59,625 nucleotides of DNA, taken from positions 1 through 59,625 of the forward strand of contig CANQBE010000004.1 in NCBI GenBank assembly GCA_947589515.1, in the 5' to 3' direction. The DNA comes from an uncultured Bacilli bacterium (GTDB lineage: Bacteria > Bacillota_I > Bacilli_A > RF39 > UBA660). Position numbers and translations under genes: made by a program. Positions 27,522 to 39,900 of this stretch are shown in pieces (within the stretch, counting starts at the first letter, position 1; each line of letters opens with the position of its first letter). A model generated the notes under the pieces. That model had not been told where the DNA came from and did no database searches. It saw only the letters and a list, made by a program, of their open reading frames with translations.

Positions 27522-29639
27522 ATGCGAAAAAAAAGAGTGGCAAATCATAATGCAAGAATTTCAAACATTGTGTTACTATTCACTCTTTTTTTGTTTGCTG
27601 CTTTATTGTATCGTGGTGGTGTTTTGTCTTTATCGAAAGAAGTAGATGGTATTAATTTATCCATTTTTGCGAGTAATCGAACGACTAGAACTGATGTCAT
27701 TCTAGCTAAACGTGGTACCATTTATGATGTCAATGGAGAAGCCTTAGCGCAGAATGTGTATTCCTATACTTTAATTGCTTATTTGGAACCATCCCGTGGC
27801 GAAGGAAATTATGTCAAAGAGAAAGAACAAACTGCAAAGGCTTTAGCAACCGTTATTTCTATGGACGAAAGTAGAATTCTAGAACTTTTAAACAAAAATG
27901 TTTATCAAACGGAATTTGGAACGAGTGGTAGGGGTTTAACCGAACTTACGAAAGATAAAATTTTAGCTTTAAATCTAGATGGAATTGATTTTACAGAAAC
28001 TCAAAAACGTTATTATCCGAAGGGAAAGTTTTTATCATATACTTTAGGATATGCTAAGGCAAATGCTGATGGTAAAATTATTGGTGAAATGGGAATTGAA
28101 TCTTTATTTAATGAATCTTTAACGGGTACGGATGGTTTTCGTGCTTATCAGAAGGATTTAAGAGGTTATCAAATTGCCAATACCAAAGAACGCATTCAAC
28201 AAGCAAAAGATGGAAATGATATTTATTTAACGATTGATTCTAATGTTCAGTTTTTTGTGGAACAAGCCTTAGAAGAAGCAAATAATAAATATAATTTTGA
28301 TGAACTTAATATTGTGGTTGCACAAGCAAAGACAGGAAAAATTTTAGGAATTGGTTCTACTACTTCCTTTGATCCTAACATTAAGAATATTAGTAGTTAT
28401 CTAGATCCTAATATTTCGGTTGCTTTTGAACCTGGTTCTACGATGAAAATATATACTTATATGGCAGCTTTAGAAACGGGAAAGTATAATGGCGAAGAAA
28501 CTTTTCAATCCGGTGTTTATACAACGAGTGATGGTACCAGAATTGGTGACTCTAATCGTGCAGGTTGGGGTACTATTAGTTTTGATCGAGGTTTTGCTTT
28601 ATCCAGCAATGTTGGAGTTATTAACATTATTAATCGTTATTTGGACCGCAATACTCTTTTAGATTATTTTAAAAAATTAGGTTTTGGTTCTAAAACAGGA
28701 ATTGAACTTAGTAAAGAAACGGCAGGAAAAGTAAATTTTAAATATGAAACTGAAGTCTATAATGCTGGATTTGGTCAAGGTATTTTGGTAACTGCTATGC
28801 AAAATGTGAAGGCATTAACTTCTGTTGCGAACGATGGTATCTTATTGGAACCTTATATTGTAGAAAAGATAGTTGATAGTGATGGAAATATTGTTTTGGA
28901 AAATTCTAAAAAGGAACTTGGTAGAGTTGCTAGTAAAGATACTACAGATAAGATTAAAGATTTGATGCAAACAGTTGTTACGGAAGGAACTGGATCCAAT
29001 TATAATATGCCAGAATATGGATTGATTGCGAAAACAGGTACTGCTCAAATTTCTAGTGAAAATGGAACGGGTTATTTAAATGGACCATATGATGTTATTC
29101 GTGGTTTTGCAGGAATGTTTCCTAAGGATGATCCGGAAATTATCATTTATGCTAATTTAAAAAGACCTAAACCTAACACTGCTAATGCTCTTACTTATGT
29201 TATCAAAAACGTCGTAGAAAATATTAGTAAGTATTATAATATTTATGATGGTCAAGAACCTGATTCTGAAACGGTTAGTTATACTTTAGATTCTTATTTT
29301 AATCAACCGGTTTCCGTTATCAAAGAACGGTTAGAAAAAGAAGGAATCCAAGTACAAGTGATTGGTAATGGTAATACGATTATTAATCAATATCCAGCTT
29401 CAGATACTGTTATTACGAAAGGTACTAAAGTTTTCTTTCTTACTAATGGTAGTGAAATGCTGATTCCTAATTTTAAAGGTTGGAGTAAAAAAGATGTCAT
29501 TACTTATTTAAAATATGCCAATATTCCTTATACAGTAGAAGGAATGGGCTATTCAACCAGTCAAAGTATTTCTCCGAATACGGTTTATCATGAAGATATG
29601 AATCTGACGGTCGTATTTGAAGAAAAATATCCAGAATAA
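27522..29639 (+). CDS. pbpB: Class B PBP with PASTA domains (division)
   Basis: KRGTIYD, EPGSTMK, SSN and KTGTAQ motifs; C-terminal PASTA. Confidence 0.88.
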   Translation: MRKKRVANHNARISNIVLLFTLFLFAALLYRGGVLSLSKEVDGINLSIFASNRTTRTDVILAKRGTIYDVNGEALAQNVYSYTLIAYLEPSRGEGNYVKEKEQTAKALATVISMDESRILELLNKNVYQTEFGTSGRGLTELTKDKILALNLDGIDFTETQKRYYPKGKFLSYTLGYAKANADGKIIGEMGIESLFNESLTGTDGFRAYQKDLRGYQIANTKERIQQAKDGNDIYLTIDSNVQFFVEQALEEANNKYNFDELNIVVAQAKTGKILGIGSTTSFDPNIKNISSYLDPNISVAFEPGSTMKIYTYMAALETGKYNGEETFQSGVYTTSDGTRIGDSNRAGWGTISFDRGFALSSNVGVINIINRYLDRNTLLDYFKKLGFGSKTGIELSKETAGKVNFKYETEVYNAGFGQGILVTAMQNVKALTSVANDGILLEPYIVEKIVDSDGNIVLENSKKELGRVASKDTTDKIKDLMQTVVTEGTGSNYNMPEYGLIAKTGTAQISSENGTGYLNGPYDVIRGFAGMFPKDDPEIIIYANLKRPKPNTANALTYVIKNVVENISKYYNIYDGQEPDSETVSYTLDSYFNQPVSVIKERLEKEGIQVQVIGNGNTIINQYPASDTVITKGTKVFFLTNGSEMLIPNFKGWSKKDVITYLKYANIPYTVEGMGYSTSQSISPNTVYHEDMNLTVVFEEKYPE

Positions 29640-29694
29640 AAACAGATATTTGCATATTTTCAAATTTATGTTAATATTTTATTAAGGTGAGAGT

Positions 29695-30468
29695 ATGTAT
29701 CATATTTGTTTTTATTTTTTTATGTTTTACTGCTATTCTATTATGGGATGGCTTGTTGAATGTCTTAGCTGTTCTCTCTATAATCATAAATTCGTGCATG
29801 ATCGTGGCTTTTTAATTGGACCATATTGTCCTATTTATGGTTGTGGTGCTATGTATATGTATTTTTTTCTCAATCGCTATTATCATGATCCCATTGTTTT
29901 ATTTATTATGGCTTTTGTAGGTACTTCTTTGATTGAATATGTAACTAGTTACATAATGGAAAAATTATTTAAAGCAAGATGGTGGGATTATTCCGAGCGA
30001 AGATTTAATGTGGAAGGAAGAATCTGCCTGTTAAATTCTTTTTCTTTTGGCGTATTAGGAATGCTCTTTATTTATGTACTAAATCCTGGTTTTACTTTTC
30101 TGGTTAGTAAAATTCCCCATATCGTGTTAATGATTATTAGTCTGATTTTATTTATTAGTTTTCTAGCAGATATCATTTTATCTTTTTCCATTATGACAAA
30201 ATTAAAAATTAATTTATCCAATATTCGAAAAGATTCTACTTCCGATATTGATAAAGAAGTTAAAAATATATTATCAAAACATACCTTTTATCTACATAAA
30301 TTATTCAATTCTTTCCCAAAGGTAAAATTTTCATTTCCTCGTGGAGAGCAAATATTAGTCTCTGCTAAGAAGAATTTTAATAATTTTGATCATCTTAGAA
30401 AAGAACGAAAACAACATGTTAAAAAACTCAAACAAGAAATTCATCCTATTTCTAAAAAATCTGAATAA
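29695..30468 (+). CDS. Putative ABC-transporter type IV permease-like membrane protein
   Basis: GWLVE, RGFLIGPYCPIYG and RWWDYS..N.EGRICL motifs. Confidence 0.8.
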   Translation: MYHICFYFFMFYCYSIMGWLVECLSCSLYNHKFVHDRGFLIGPYCPIYGCGAMYMYFFLNRYYHDPIVLFIMAFVGTSLIEYVTSYIMEKLFKARWWDYSERRFNVEGRICLLNSFSFGVLGMLFIYVLNPGFTFLVSKIPHIVLMIISLILFISFLADIILSFSIMTKLKINLSNIRKDSTSDIDKEVKNILSKHTFYLHKLFNSFPKVKFSFPRGEQILVSAKKNFNNFDHLRKERKQHVKKLKQEIHPISKKSE

Positions 30469-30534
30469 TTATTTAGATTTTTTTTGTATAGAAAAAAGAA
30501 ATGATGCTCATGATAAAAGTGAGGAGATGAAAAA

Positions 30535-30831
30535 ATGGAAACGATACCACAAATGATATCAACTAAAGATTTAGCTTATTTATCAGATATGTTTGAATGG
30601 AATTATAATGCCTTTAAACAAATTAATCATTTTATTCAGGAAGTAAAAGATGGAGAAGTAAAAGAACTTTTAGAAAGATTCCGTAACATGCACGAAGATC
30701 ATTTACATTTTATTATTTCAGCGTTAAAAAAGGAAGAATTTGAAGAATGTGAATGTGATGACTGCGAATGCGATGATTGTGAATGTGATGACTGCGATGA
30801 TATCGATGAGGAGGAAGATGATGAAGAATAA
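30535..30831 (+). CDS. Spore-coat-like small protein with (CECDD)n acidic tail
   Basis: ISTKDLAYLSDMFEWN; 15-bp tandem repeat near 30748-30799. Confidence 0.65.
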   Translation: METIPQMISTKDLAYLSDMFEWNYNAFKQINHFIQEVKDGEVKELLERFRNMHEDHLHFIISALKKEEFEECECDDCECDDCECDDCDDIDEEEDDEE

Positions 30832-31147
30832 AGAAATCAAAAATCCTAAAATGGAAGTTCCAAATGGAATGGAGATGAACGATCGCGATTATTTAAATTC
30901 TATTTTAGAATTAGAAAAAAATATGTCAAATAATTATTCGATTGCTTTAAACGAAGCTAGTAATGATTATTTATATGAAGATTATTTTACTTTGTTAGAA
31001 GATACTAAAGATGCTGCCAGGGAAGCCTATAATTTGATGTTTCAATTTGGATGGTATACTTTAGAAGAGGCAGAAGAAACCAAAGTAGAAGAAAAAATAA
31101 CCTGTTTAGAACAAAAATTAAATGATTTAGGAATCGGAGCTGAATAA
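30821..31147 (+). CDS. Coat F-domain spore coat protein
   Basis: MNDRDYLNSILELEK, ALNEASN and MFQFGWY motifs; RBS GAGGAGG before 30821. Confidence 0.82.
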   Translation: MKNKEIKNPKMEVPNGMEMNDRDYLNSILELEKNMSNNYSIALNEASNDYLYEDYFTLLEDTKDAAREAYNLMFQFGWYTLEEAEETKVEEKITCLEQKLNDLGIGAE

Positions 31148-31260
31148 GCTTCTTTTTTTTACTATTCTTCTTTTTTTTATGTTATAATCAAAAATAAGTG
31201 GAATGCACAAAGTTGATGCAAGGTATCAATCGTGCTAATCACTATGTGTTAGGAGGACTT

Positions 31261-32157
31261 ATGTTAAAAGTAGAAAATGTTACGAAATATTACGGGAAAA
31301 ACTGTGCCGTTGATCATCTATCTTTTACTGTCAAAAATGGAGAAATTTTTGGCTTACTTGGTAGTAATGGAGCAGGAAAGACGACCACTTTTCGTATGAT
31401 TATGGGACTTTTGGATAGTAATAGTGGTCAAATTACTTTAGATGGTAAGAAAATTGATTATAGTTTAACGGATCAGATTGGTTTTGTAACAGAAGAGAGA
31501 AGTTTATTAACAAAAATGACTGTACAGGAACAAATTATTTATTATGGCAGATTAAAAAATATGAAAGAACAAGATATTTTGGACAAATTAGATTTTTGGT
31601 TAGATAAATTTGATATTCGAGATTATAAAAATCGTAAAATTAAAGAGTTATCAAAAGGTAATCAACAAAAAATTCAGTTTATTGCTGCTATTATTAATGA
31701 TCCGAAACTATTAATTTTAGATGAACCATTTACCGGATTAGATCCAATTAATGTCAATCAATTAAAAGAAGCAATTTATGCTCTACAGAAAAAGGGATGT
31801 TCCATTATTTTTTCTTCTCATCAAATGGAACATATTGAACATTTTTGTGAGAAGTTAGTGATTTTAGTAAAAGGAAAAACAGTGTTATCCGGAAATTTAA
31901 AGGATATCAAAGAAAATTATCAAAAGAAAAATATTTTTATTCGAGGTAACATTGTTCCTAAAGACTTAGAAAAAATAGATGGTGTCTTAGAAGTAAAGGA
32001 AAATACAGGAGAATATGAAGTCAAAATTAAAGATAGTAGTATTGTAAATCAAGTTTTTCAAAAAATATCTAGTTGTGCTATTACGAAATTTGTAGTAGAA
32101 GAACCTAGTTTAAATGAAATCTTTATTGCTAAAGTAGGTGAGTCATATGATGAATAA
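31261..32157 (+). CDS. ABC transporter ATP-binding protein (NatA/YhaQ-like)
   Basis: GSNGAGKTT, LSKGNQQK, LDEPF and EPSLNEIF motifs. Confidence 0.92.
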   Translation: MLKVENVTKYYGKNCAVDHLSFTVKNGEIFGLLGSNGAGKTTTFRMIMGLLDSNSGQITLDGKKIDYSLTDQIGFVTEERSLLTKMTVQEQIIYYGRLKNMKEQDILDKLDFWLDKFDIRDYKNRKIKELSKGNQQKIQFIAAIINDPKLLILDEPFTGLDPINVNQLKEAIYALQKKGCSIIFSSHQMEHIEHFCEKLVILVKGKTVLSGNLKDIKENYQKKNIFIRGNIVPKDLEKIDGVLEVKENTGEYEVKIKDSSIVNQVFQKISSCAITKFVVEEPSLNEIFIAKVGESYDE

Positions 32158-33463
32158 ATTTTGGTTTTTGACAGGAAGTAGTTTAAAGAAAAAATTAAAA
32201 AGTAAATGGTTTCTAGTTGTCAATATTTTATTGTGTATCGTTATCATGGGTGTTATGAATATTGATAGTATTATTAAGGCTTTTGGTGGGGATTTTAATC
32301 AGACCAATGAAATTTTGGTGTTAGATCAAACTGATTATGCTGATCCTATTTTTGAAAAAAATCTAGATGCTTATAATACTACTTTAGATATGCAATATGA
32401 CTTAAAAGTAGAAAAAACGGATTTATCTTTAGAAGCAGCTAAAGAACAAATCAAAGATACTGATAAAGTTCTTGTGGTATTAGATTCTACTGAGGATGAA
32501 TATTTAAAGGCTAGCATTATTAGTGATTCTTATATCGACACGATGTATTATCAACTATTATATCAAGCACTCTCTAGTACGAAAGCTGAAATCGCTTTTT
32601 CTTTAACAAATATTGATCCAACGGAACTACAAAAAGTAACTTCTGTTGTTAGTGTGGATAGGGTCTTTTTAAATGAAGACCAAACTTCGGAAGAAGAAAA
32701 TATGGGAATGATTATGGGTACTGTTTTTCCAACCGTGATTCTACCATTTTTTATCTTAGTTGTTTTCTTAATTCAAATGATTGGTGCAGAAATTAATGAA
32801 GAAAAACAAACTCGTAGTATGGAAGTTATTATTTCTAATGTTAGTCCGAAAACTCATTTCTTTTCTAAGATTGTTGCTAGTAATGCTTTTGTATTATTTC
32901 AAGGATTTTTACTTCTTCTTTATGCTTCGATTGCTCTTTTCCTTCGCAATCAGTTAGCAGTAGGAACAACTTCTAGTATTACATCTGAGATTGGCAATAT
33001 CTGGAATAGTTTAGTAACTAGTGGTTTTGCTAGTAAACTTTATTATATTATTCCTCTTACTCTTGTGTTAATGATTTTATCTTTCCTAACTTATTCTTTA
33101 GTCGCTGGAATTTTAGCTTCTATGACTGTTAGTATGGAAGATTATCAACAAATTCAAACACCAATTATGATGATTTGTTTATTGGGATATTATTTATCGA
33201 TTATGGCAGGAATGTTTGAAGGTAGTACTTTGATTCGTATTCTATCCTATGTACCTTTCTTATCTTGCTTACTTTCTCCAGCGTTATTAGTGATTGGCCA
33301 AATTGGTATTTTGGATGTTATTGTTTCTATTATTATTTTGTGCATCTTTAATTTTGTTCTTATCCGCTATGGTTTAAAGATTTATAAGATTGGAATTTTA
33401 AATTATTCTACTGATAAAATGTGGAGAAAAATTATTAAGGCTGCTAAATCTAAAGAAGTTTAA
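32147..33463 (+). CDS. ABC-2 permease (NatB/YhaP-like)
   Basis: EEKQTRSMEVI motif, multiple TM helices. Confidence 0.88.
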   Translation: MMNKFWFLTGSSLKKKLKSKWFLVVNILLCIVIMGVMNIDSIIKAFGGDFNQTNEILVLDQTDYADPIFEKNLDAYNTTLDMQYDLKVEKTDLSLEAAKEQIKDTDKVLVVLDSTEDEYLKASIISDSYIDTMYYQLLYQALSSTKAEIAFSLTNIDPTELQKVTSVVSVDRVFLNEDQTSEEENMGMIMGTVFPTVILPFFILVVFLIQMIGAEINEEKQTRSMEVIISNVSPKTHFFSKIVASNAFVLFQGFLLLLYASIALFLRNQLAVGTTSSITSEIGNIWNSLVTSGFASKLYYIIPLTLVLMILSFLTYSLVAGILASMTVSMEDYQQIQTPIMMICLLGYYLSIMAGMFEGSTLIRILSYVPFLSCLLSPALLVIGQIGILDVIVSIIILCIFNFVLIRYGLKIYKIGILNYSTDKMWRKIIKAAKSKEV

Positions 33464-33524
33464 AAAAATAGACTTCTTTTTTTTCTGAAATGTGGTATAA
33501 TAGTAAACATTCTTAGGTGGTTTT

Positions 33525-34439
33525 ATGGATAAAAAAGAAATTTTTACTTATTTTAAAAATAATAGTTCTTATTTTAAGGAGATATCGCAAGAAGACATTT
33601 CGGTATTAGAAAATTTAGAAGCAGATGAATTAGGAGTCATGAATCCTGTTATTTTTCAAATTACACCATTACTGCAACAAATCTGTCGTTTTGCACTGAT
33701 ACCTAATGCTTTATATTCTACAGAAGTCGAAGAAATGATGGATGTTGTTTCTAGTCCTTCCTTTGAAAATACGATAGAAGACATTTTAGAATTTACCGAT
33801 TACTGTTCTTGTTATGTAGATTTCTTATCTTCTTTAGATTGTCATCATCCTTGTGTCATGAATGCAGTCAATTCTTTAGCGCATATGTATTATTATAATC
33901 AAGTGCAAGATACTGTTTGTGACTTGATTAGTTGCACAGAAGATGTCTTTCAAAATGATTTAATCAATTGTGTTCATGATACTGATGAAAAATTATTAAA
34001 TATTGTGGATTTTCTTTTTAATCGTTTGAAAAAACAAATCAAACAAAATTTGAATTCTAAAGAAACTATTTTAAAATTATTGGTAGATTATGTTCAAAAC
34101 AAACTATTACTTTGTGGTATGTTTGGAGTTTCTGATCCACATTTACAGAAAGAAAACGCCATTTATTATATCGATAATCATTATATTTATTTTGCGAATC
34201 AAAATTCGATATATCCAGGATATCAAGAATCGACTTTTCAATTTTTAAATTGTTTTTCTCAATTGATGCAAAAAGTAGAAAAGTATCAAGATTACTATTA
34301 TGGTGGTAGTGATGATGAGACTTCTGATTTAATTATTCAATTACAGAACTCATATTCTTTATATGAATCTTATCGTTATAAATATTTAAAAGATTCTTAT
34401 CGAGAACAACGATTATTAGAAAAATGTAAGAAAATGTAA
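33525..34439 (+). CDS. Hypothetical helical protein
   Basis: TGGTATAAT promoter, AGGTGG RBS, 304-aa ORF. Confidence 0.75.
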   Translation: MDKKEIFTYFKNNSSYFKEISQEDISVLENLEADELGVMNPVIFQITPLLQQICRFALIPNALYSTEVEEMMDVVSSPSFENTIEDILEFTDYCSCYVDFLSSLDCHHPCVMNAVNSLAHMYYYNQVQDTVCDLISCTEDVFQNDLINCVHDTDEKLLNIVDFLFNRLKKQIKQNLNSKETILKLLVDYVQNKLLLCGMFGVSDPHLQKENAIYYIDNHYIYFANQNSIYPGYQESTFQFLNCFSQLMQKVEKYQDYYYGGSDDETSDLIIQLQNSYSLYESYRYKYLKDSYREQRLLEKCKKM

Positions 34440-34512
34440 ATAAAAAGAAAGAAATTTAGTTATTCTTTCTTTTTTTCAGTATAATATTAATAGACCGATG
34501 GAGGAGGTTATC

Positions 34513-36807
34513 ATGTTAGAATTAAAAAAGATTAGTAAAAGCTATCAAACAGGTAGTTTTGTACAGCAGGCATTAAAAGATGTTTCGATTGAATTTAGAA
34601 ATAATGAATTCGTAGCTATTTTAGGTGCCAGTGGTAGTGGAAAGACAACATTATTAAATATTATTGGTGGATTAGATCGATATGATAGTGGAGATTTGAT
34701 TATCAATAATAAATCGACTAAAAAATTTAAAAGTATCGATTGGGATCGTTATCGTAATAATTGTGTTGGTTTTATTTTTCAAAACTATAACTTAATTCCT
34801 CATATTAGCATTTTAGATAATGTAGAAATGGGAATGACCTTAAGTGGAGTTAGTAGCAAAGAAAGAAGTAAAAGAGCAAAAGAAGCTTTAAAAAAAGTAG
34901 GATTATTAGAACATGCTCATAAAAAACCAAATCAATTATCTGGTGGGCAAATGCAAAGAGTAGCTATTGCTCGTGCTTTAGTGAATAATCCTGATATTAT
35001 TTTAGCAGATGAACCAACAGGTGCCTTAGATACCAAAACTAGTATTCAAATTATGGATTTAATTCAAGAGATTGCCAAAGATAAATTAGTCATTATGGTT
35101 ACGCATAATCCTGAGTTAGCACATGAATATGCAACGAGAATTATTGAGTTTCAAGATGGAAAAAAATTAAGTGATTCTAATCCTATCAAAAAAGAAGAAC
35201 AAGATACTTCTACTTTGAAAATTCGAAAGACCGCTATGAGTTTTGCGACTGCCCTAAAATTATCTTTTAATAATATTAAGACTAAGAAAGGTAGAACGTT
35301 ATTAACTGCTTTTGCATCTAGTATTGGTATTATTGGAATTGGATTAATTCTATCTTTATCAAATGGTTTTAAAATTGAAGTAGATCGCTTTGAAAGAGAT
35401 TCTTTATCACAAGCTCCTATTATTATTAGTACACAGGCTATGAATATGGATGAAGAAACGATGGAAAAAATATCTACTAATAATCATTTAGAAAAATATC
35501 CAACAGAAGAAAAAGTATTTGTACAAGATGATGTTGTCCAAACGATGTTACATACTAATATTCTTTCTGATGAATATTTAAATTACATCAAGAAGATGGA
35601 TTCCAAAAATTTAGCAGGAATTTCTTATCAGACAACTACTGGATTTACGATTATCAACCACAGTAGTGATGGTTATCAATTAGTAGCAGGTAGTAGTTAT
35701 TGGACTATTCTACCAACCAATCCTAATCAAAATGAAAATGGTATTGTGGAAGATAATTATGATATTTTGGCAGGATCAATCGATGAGTCCGTTCCTGGTT
35801 TGATTTTACAAGTAGATAATAAAAATCAAATTTATGAGTCTACCTTAAAAGCATTGGGGTTATCAGGAAAAGAGGTAACTTTCCATGATATTTTAAATCA
35901 GGAATTAAAAGTAGTTTTTAATGATGATTACTATATTCAATATGGAGAAGCTTTTGTACCGAGTCAAGATTTAGAAAAATTATATCATAGTGACCATAGT
36001 GTTACTTTAAAAGTGCAAGCTATTATTCGTGGAAAAGAAGATAAAGAAATGCTAACTAGTGGTAGTGGTATTGCCTATACAAATTCATTAACGGAGTTAG
36101 TAATTTCTAAAAATAAAGATTCTAAAATTGTTCGTATGCAACAAGAAAAAGATTATAATGTTTTAACCAATCAACCATTTGATAATAGTAGTATGAGCAC
36201 TAATACGAAAGATACCATATTAGGATATTTAGGAGCTGAAGTAGCACCTAGTATTATTTATCTATATCCAAAAGATTTTGATTCTAAGGAAGAGATTACT
36301 TCTTATTTAGATCAATATAATCAAGGTAAAGAGGAAAAAGATACCGTTCAATATACTGATATGGCTGCTATGATATCTAGTTTATCTGGTAATATTATGG
36401 ATGCTATTACTGTAGTACTAGTTGCCTTTTCTTCTATTTCACTGATTGTATCTAGTATTATGATAGCCATTATTACTTATATTTCTGTTCTTGAAAGAAT
36501 TAAAGAAATTGGTATATTAAGAGCACTTGGTGCTAGAAAGAAAGATATTAAACGAGTATTTAATGCTGAAACTTTTATTATTGGATTATGTAGTGGTTTA
36601 CTTGGTATTTTAATTGCCTATTTATTAACGATTCCGGTTAATCAAATTATCGAGAATTTATCAGGTCTTCCTAATGTTGCGAAATTAAATATCATCCATG
36701 CTATCATTCTAATTATTATTAATGTGATTCTAACTATGATAGGAGGAGCTATTCCTGCTAAAATGGCAAGTAAAAAAGATCCAGTGGAAGCTTTAAGAAC
36801 AGAGTAA
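34513..36807 (+). CDS. Fused ABC ATPase/FtsX-type permease (MacB-like)
   Basis: [36 protein letters not shown] and DPVEALR motifs. Confidence 0.93.
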   Translation: MLELKKISKSYQTGSFVQQALKDVSIEFRNNEFVAILGASGSGKTTLLNIIGGLDRYDSGDLIINNKSTKKFKSIDWDRYRNNCVGFIFQNYNLIPHISILDNVEMGMTLSGVSSKERSKRAKEALKKVGLLEHAHKKPNQLSGGQMQRVAIARALVNNPDIILADEPTGALDTKTSIQIMDLIQEIAKDKLVIMVTHNPELAHEYATRIIEFQDGKKLSDSNPIKKEEQDTSTLKIRKTAMSFATALKLSFNNIKTKKGRTLLTAFASSIGIIGIGLILSLSNGFKIEVDRFERDSLSQAPIIISTQAMNMDEETMEKISTNNHLEKYPTEEKVFVQDDVVQTMLHTNILSDEYLNYIKKMDSKNLAGISYQTTTGFTIINHSSDGYQLVAGSSYWTILPTNPNQNENGIVEDNYDILAGSIDESVPGLILQVDNKNQIYESTLKALGLSGKEVTFHDILNQELKVVFNDDYYIQYGEAFVPSQDLEKLYHSDHSVTLKVQAIIRGKEDKEMLTSGSGIAYTNSLTELVISKNKDSKIVRMQQEKDYNVLTNQPFDNSSMSTNTKDTILGYLGAEVAPSIIYLYPKDFDSKEEITSYLDQYNQGKEEKDTVQYTDMAAMISSLSGNIMDAITVVLVAFSSISLIVSSIMIAIITYISVLERIKEIGILRALGARKKDIKRVFNAETFIIGLCSGLLGILIAYLLTIPVNQIIENLSGLPNVAKLNIIHAIILIIINVILTMIGGAIPAKMASKKDPVEALRTE

Positions 36808-36907
36808 CATTCAATATAAATTTAAAAATCCATTTTTCAATAGTGGATTTTTTTTGTTTCCATTGACAAATTTTATGAGAAAAGATAAAATGAAATTATA
36901 AAATAGG

Positions 36908-39900
36908 GTGAAGAGTATGGAAAGTAAAAAAGTAAAAAGTAAAAAAGGATTTACATTAATAGAATTATTGGCAGTCATTATTATTATAGGAATTTTATTA
37001 GCAATTGCGGTTCCTGGTATCTCTAGATATTTAAGAAAAGGAACTACAGAATATTATCATCAATTGGAGGATAGTCTTTTGTTAGCAGGAAGAGATTATC
37101 TAGATGATTATCGTACTTTATATCCAACGGAAATTGGAAATGTAACGGTAGTAGATTTAGACGAATTAGTAACAAATCAAAAAGTAGATGAAGTAGTAGA
37201 TAGCAATGGAAATACTTGTAGTGGAAAAATTATTGCCAGAAAAGTTAAGCAAGATCAGTATGAGTATTATAGTTGCTTAATATGTGATGGTTATCAAACA
37301 GTCAGTGAAAACTGTAATTATACAGAAGATGATAATATTACACCAGAGACTAAAAATTATAAAATTGTGGTAGACCAAGAGCAATATACAGTAGAGCAAG
37401 GACAAGAGTTTGAAGTACCAAAGGCAAAAGTATATTATTTTGATGAATTAGAAACAGATAGTTTAACTGGTAATCCTAGAATCATTGATACGAATACATT
37501 GGGAACTACTACTGTAACATACTCTTATAAAGGACAGAAGAAAAGTATTACTGTAACTGTAGTAGATAAAGTAAAACCAAGTATTCCACAAGTAGTATTA
37601 AGATATGATAATAGCAAAGGAAGAAGCTATAAAGGAGAATGGTATCGAAGTAATATTTATGTAGAATATAGCTCAACGGATTATACGAAAAAGAATCTAG
37701 AAGGAAGCGGAGTTGCTTATTATGAAGTTAGTAGTGATAATAAGAGTTGGAAGAAGCTAACTGCAAATTATCAAATTCATAGTGATAATGGTAACTTTAC
37801 GTATTATGTAAGAAGTGTAGATCAAGCAGGAAATACTAGTGACAGTAATAGTTATAATGTGAAGATTGATAAAGCAAAACCAAGTTGTGAGATTGTAGTA
37901 ACAGGAACGAAAACAACTCCACAAAATGAATGGTATGTCGGAAATGTCACACTGAAATTAAGTGTAACACCAACTGCCAGTGGAGTATTAAAATCGACTT
38001 TAAGTAAAGAAAGTATTACTGAAAATACAGAAGGAACACAAGTAACAGGAAGTGTAACAAGTGTAGCAGGAATCGTAGGAACTTGTGATGTAACGATTAA
38101 ACTAGATAAAAATACACCAAGTGCACCAGTGTTTGCAGCAAATGATACCATTGGAAGTGGAAGTTGGCATAAGGCAGATACTACATTATCATTAAGTGGA
38201 AGTAGTTCTATTAGTAAAATTACTTACTATCTTGATACGAATAGTAATCCAACAACTGCCAGAAATAGTTTAAAAATTACAAATAATACTGCTACAACTA
38301 AATATTATGCGAAAGCATGTAATGGAGCAGGAACTTGTAGTAGTGTTACAAGTTATGAATTAAAATTAGATAAATCAACGCCAGCAACACCAGTTTTAAC
38401 AGCAGCAGATGGAAAGGCAAGTGGAAGTTGGCATACTGCAAATACGACATTAAATGCGGGTGGAAGTACTGCAATTAGTGGAATTACCTACTATATAGAT
38501 GCAAGTAGCAATCCAACAATCAAACGAGATAGTATTACGATTACAGAAAATACAGCTTCAACTAAATACTATGTAAAAGCATGTAGTGGATCTGGAATTT
38601 GTAGTAGTGTTGGAAGTTACGACTTAAAATTAGATAAATCAACACCAGCCAAACCTTCTTTAGCAGCTGCTGATGGAATTGGAAGTGGAAGTTGGCATAA
38701 AGCAGATACAACGTTAACAGCAAGTGGAAGTAGTTCAACAAGTGGAATTACTTACTACTTAGATACCAATAGTAATCCAACAACCGCAACAAGTAGTGTA
38801 AAAATTACGAATAATACAGGCTCAACTACTTATTATGCAAAAGCATGTAATGGAGCAGGAACTTGTAGTAGTGTTGCAAGTTATGAATTAAAATTAGATA
38901 AATCAACACCTCAGTGTAGTGTTGTAGTAGCAACAGGAACAGCAGGAAGTGGTGGATGGTATAAGAGTGATATTACTTTAAAACTACAAATTACCGAAAC
39001 GACTAGTGGAGTATTAAAATCAACTTTAAGTAAAAATAGTATTACTGAAAATACGAAAGAACAGGTAGTAACGGGAAGTGTAACAAGTAATGCAGGAATC
39101 GTAGGAACCTGTAGTGCTACCTTTAAAGTAGATAAGCAAACACCAGCAACCCCAGTTTTAACAGCAACCGATGGAAAGACAAGTGGAAGTTGGCATACAG
39201 CAAATACGACTTTAAATGCAAGTGGAAGTAGTGCCATTAGTAATGTTACTTATTATATAGATGCAAGTAGCAATCCAACAACTGCAAGAAATAGTATTAC
39301 GATTACAGAAAATACAGCTTCAACTACATACTATGTAAAAGCATGTAGTGGATCAGGAATTTGTAGTAATGTTGGAAGTTATGAATTAAAATTAGATAAA
39401 TCAACACCAGCAAAACCATCTTTAGCAGCAAATGATAGCATAGGAAGTGGAAGTTGGCATAAAGCAGATACAACGTTAACAGCAAGTGGAAGTAGTTCAA
39501 CAAGTGGAATTACTTACTACTTAGATACCAATAGTAATCCAACAACCGCAACAAGTAGTGTAAAAATTACTGCAAATACAGGTTCAACTACTTATTATGC
39601 CAAAGCATGTAATGGAGTAGGAACTTGTAGTCAAATCGTCAGCTATGAGTTAAAATTAGATAAATCAACACCAGCAACACCAGTTTTAACAGCATCAGAT
39701 GGAAAGGCAAGTGGAAGTTGGCATACTGCAAATACGACATTAAATGCAAGTGGAAGTAGTGCCATTAGTAATGTTACATATTATATAGATGCAAGTAGCA
39801 ATCCAACAACCTCAAGAAGTAGTATACAAATTACTGCAAATACAGCTTCAACTACTTATTATGCAAAAGCATGTAGTGGATCAGGAATTTGTAGTAGTGT

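Noticed and set aside
30740-30820. N-terminal VNVMTA repeat of the 135-aa ORF call
   Set aside because: Alternate-frame reading of the upstream gene's CECDD repeat; the RBS supports a start at 30821
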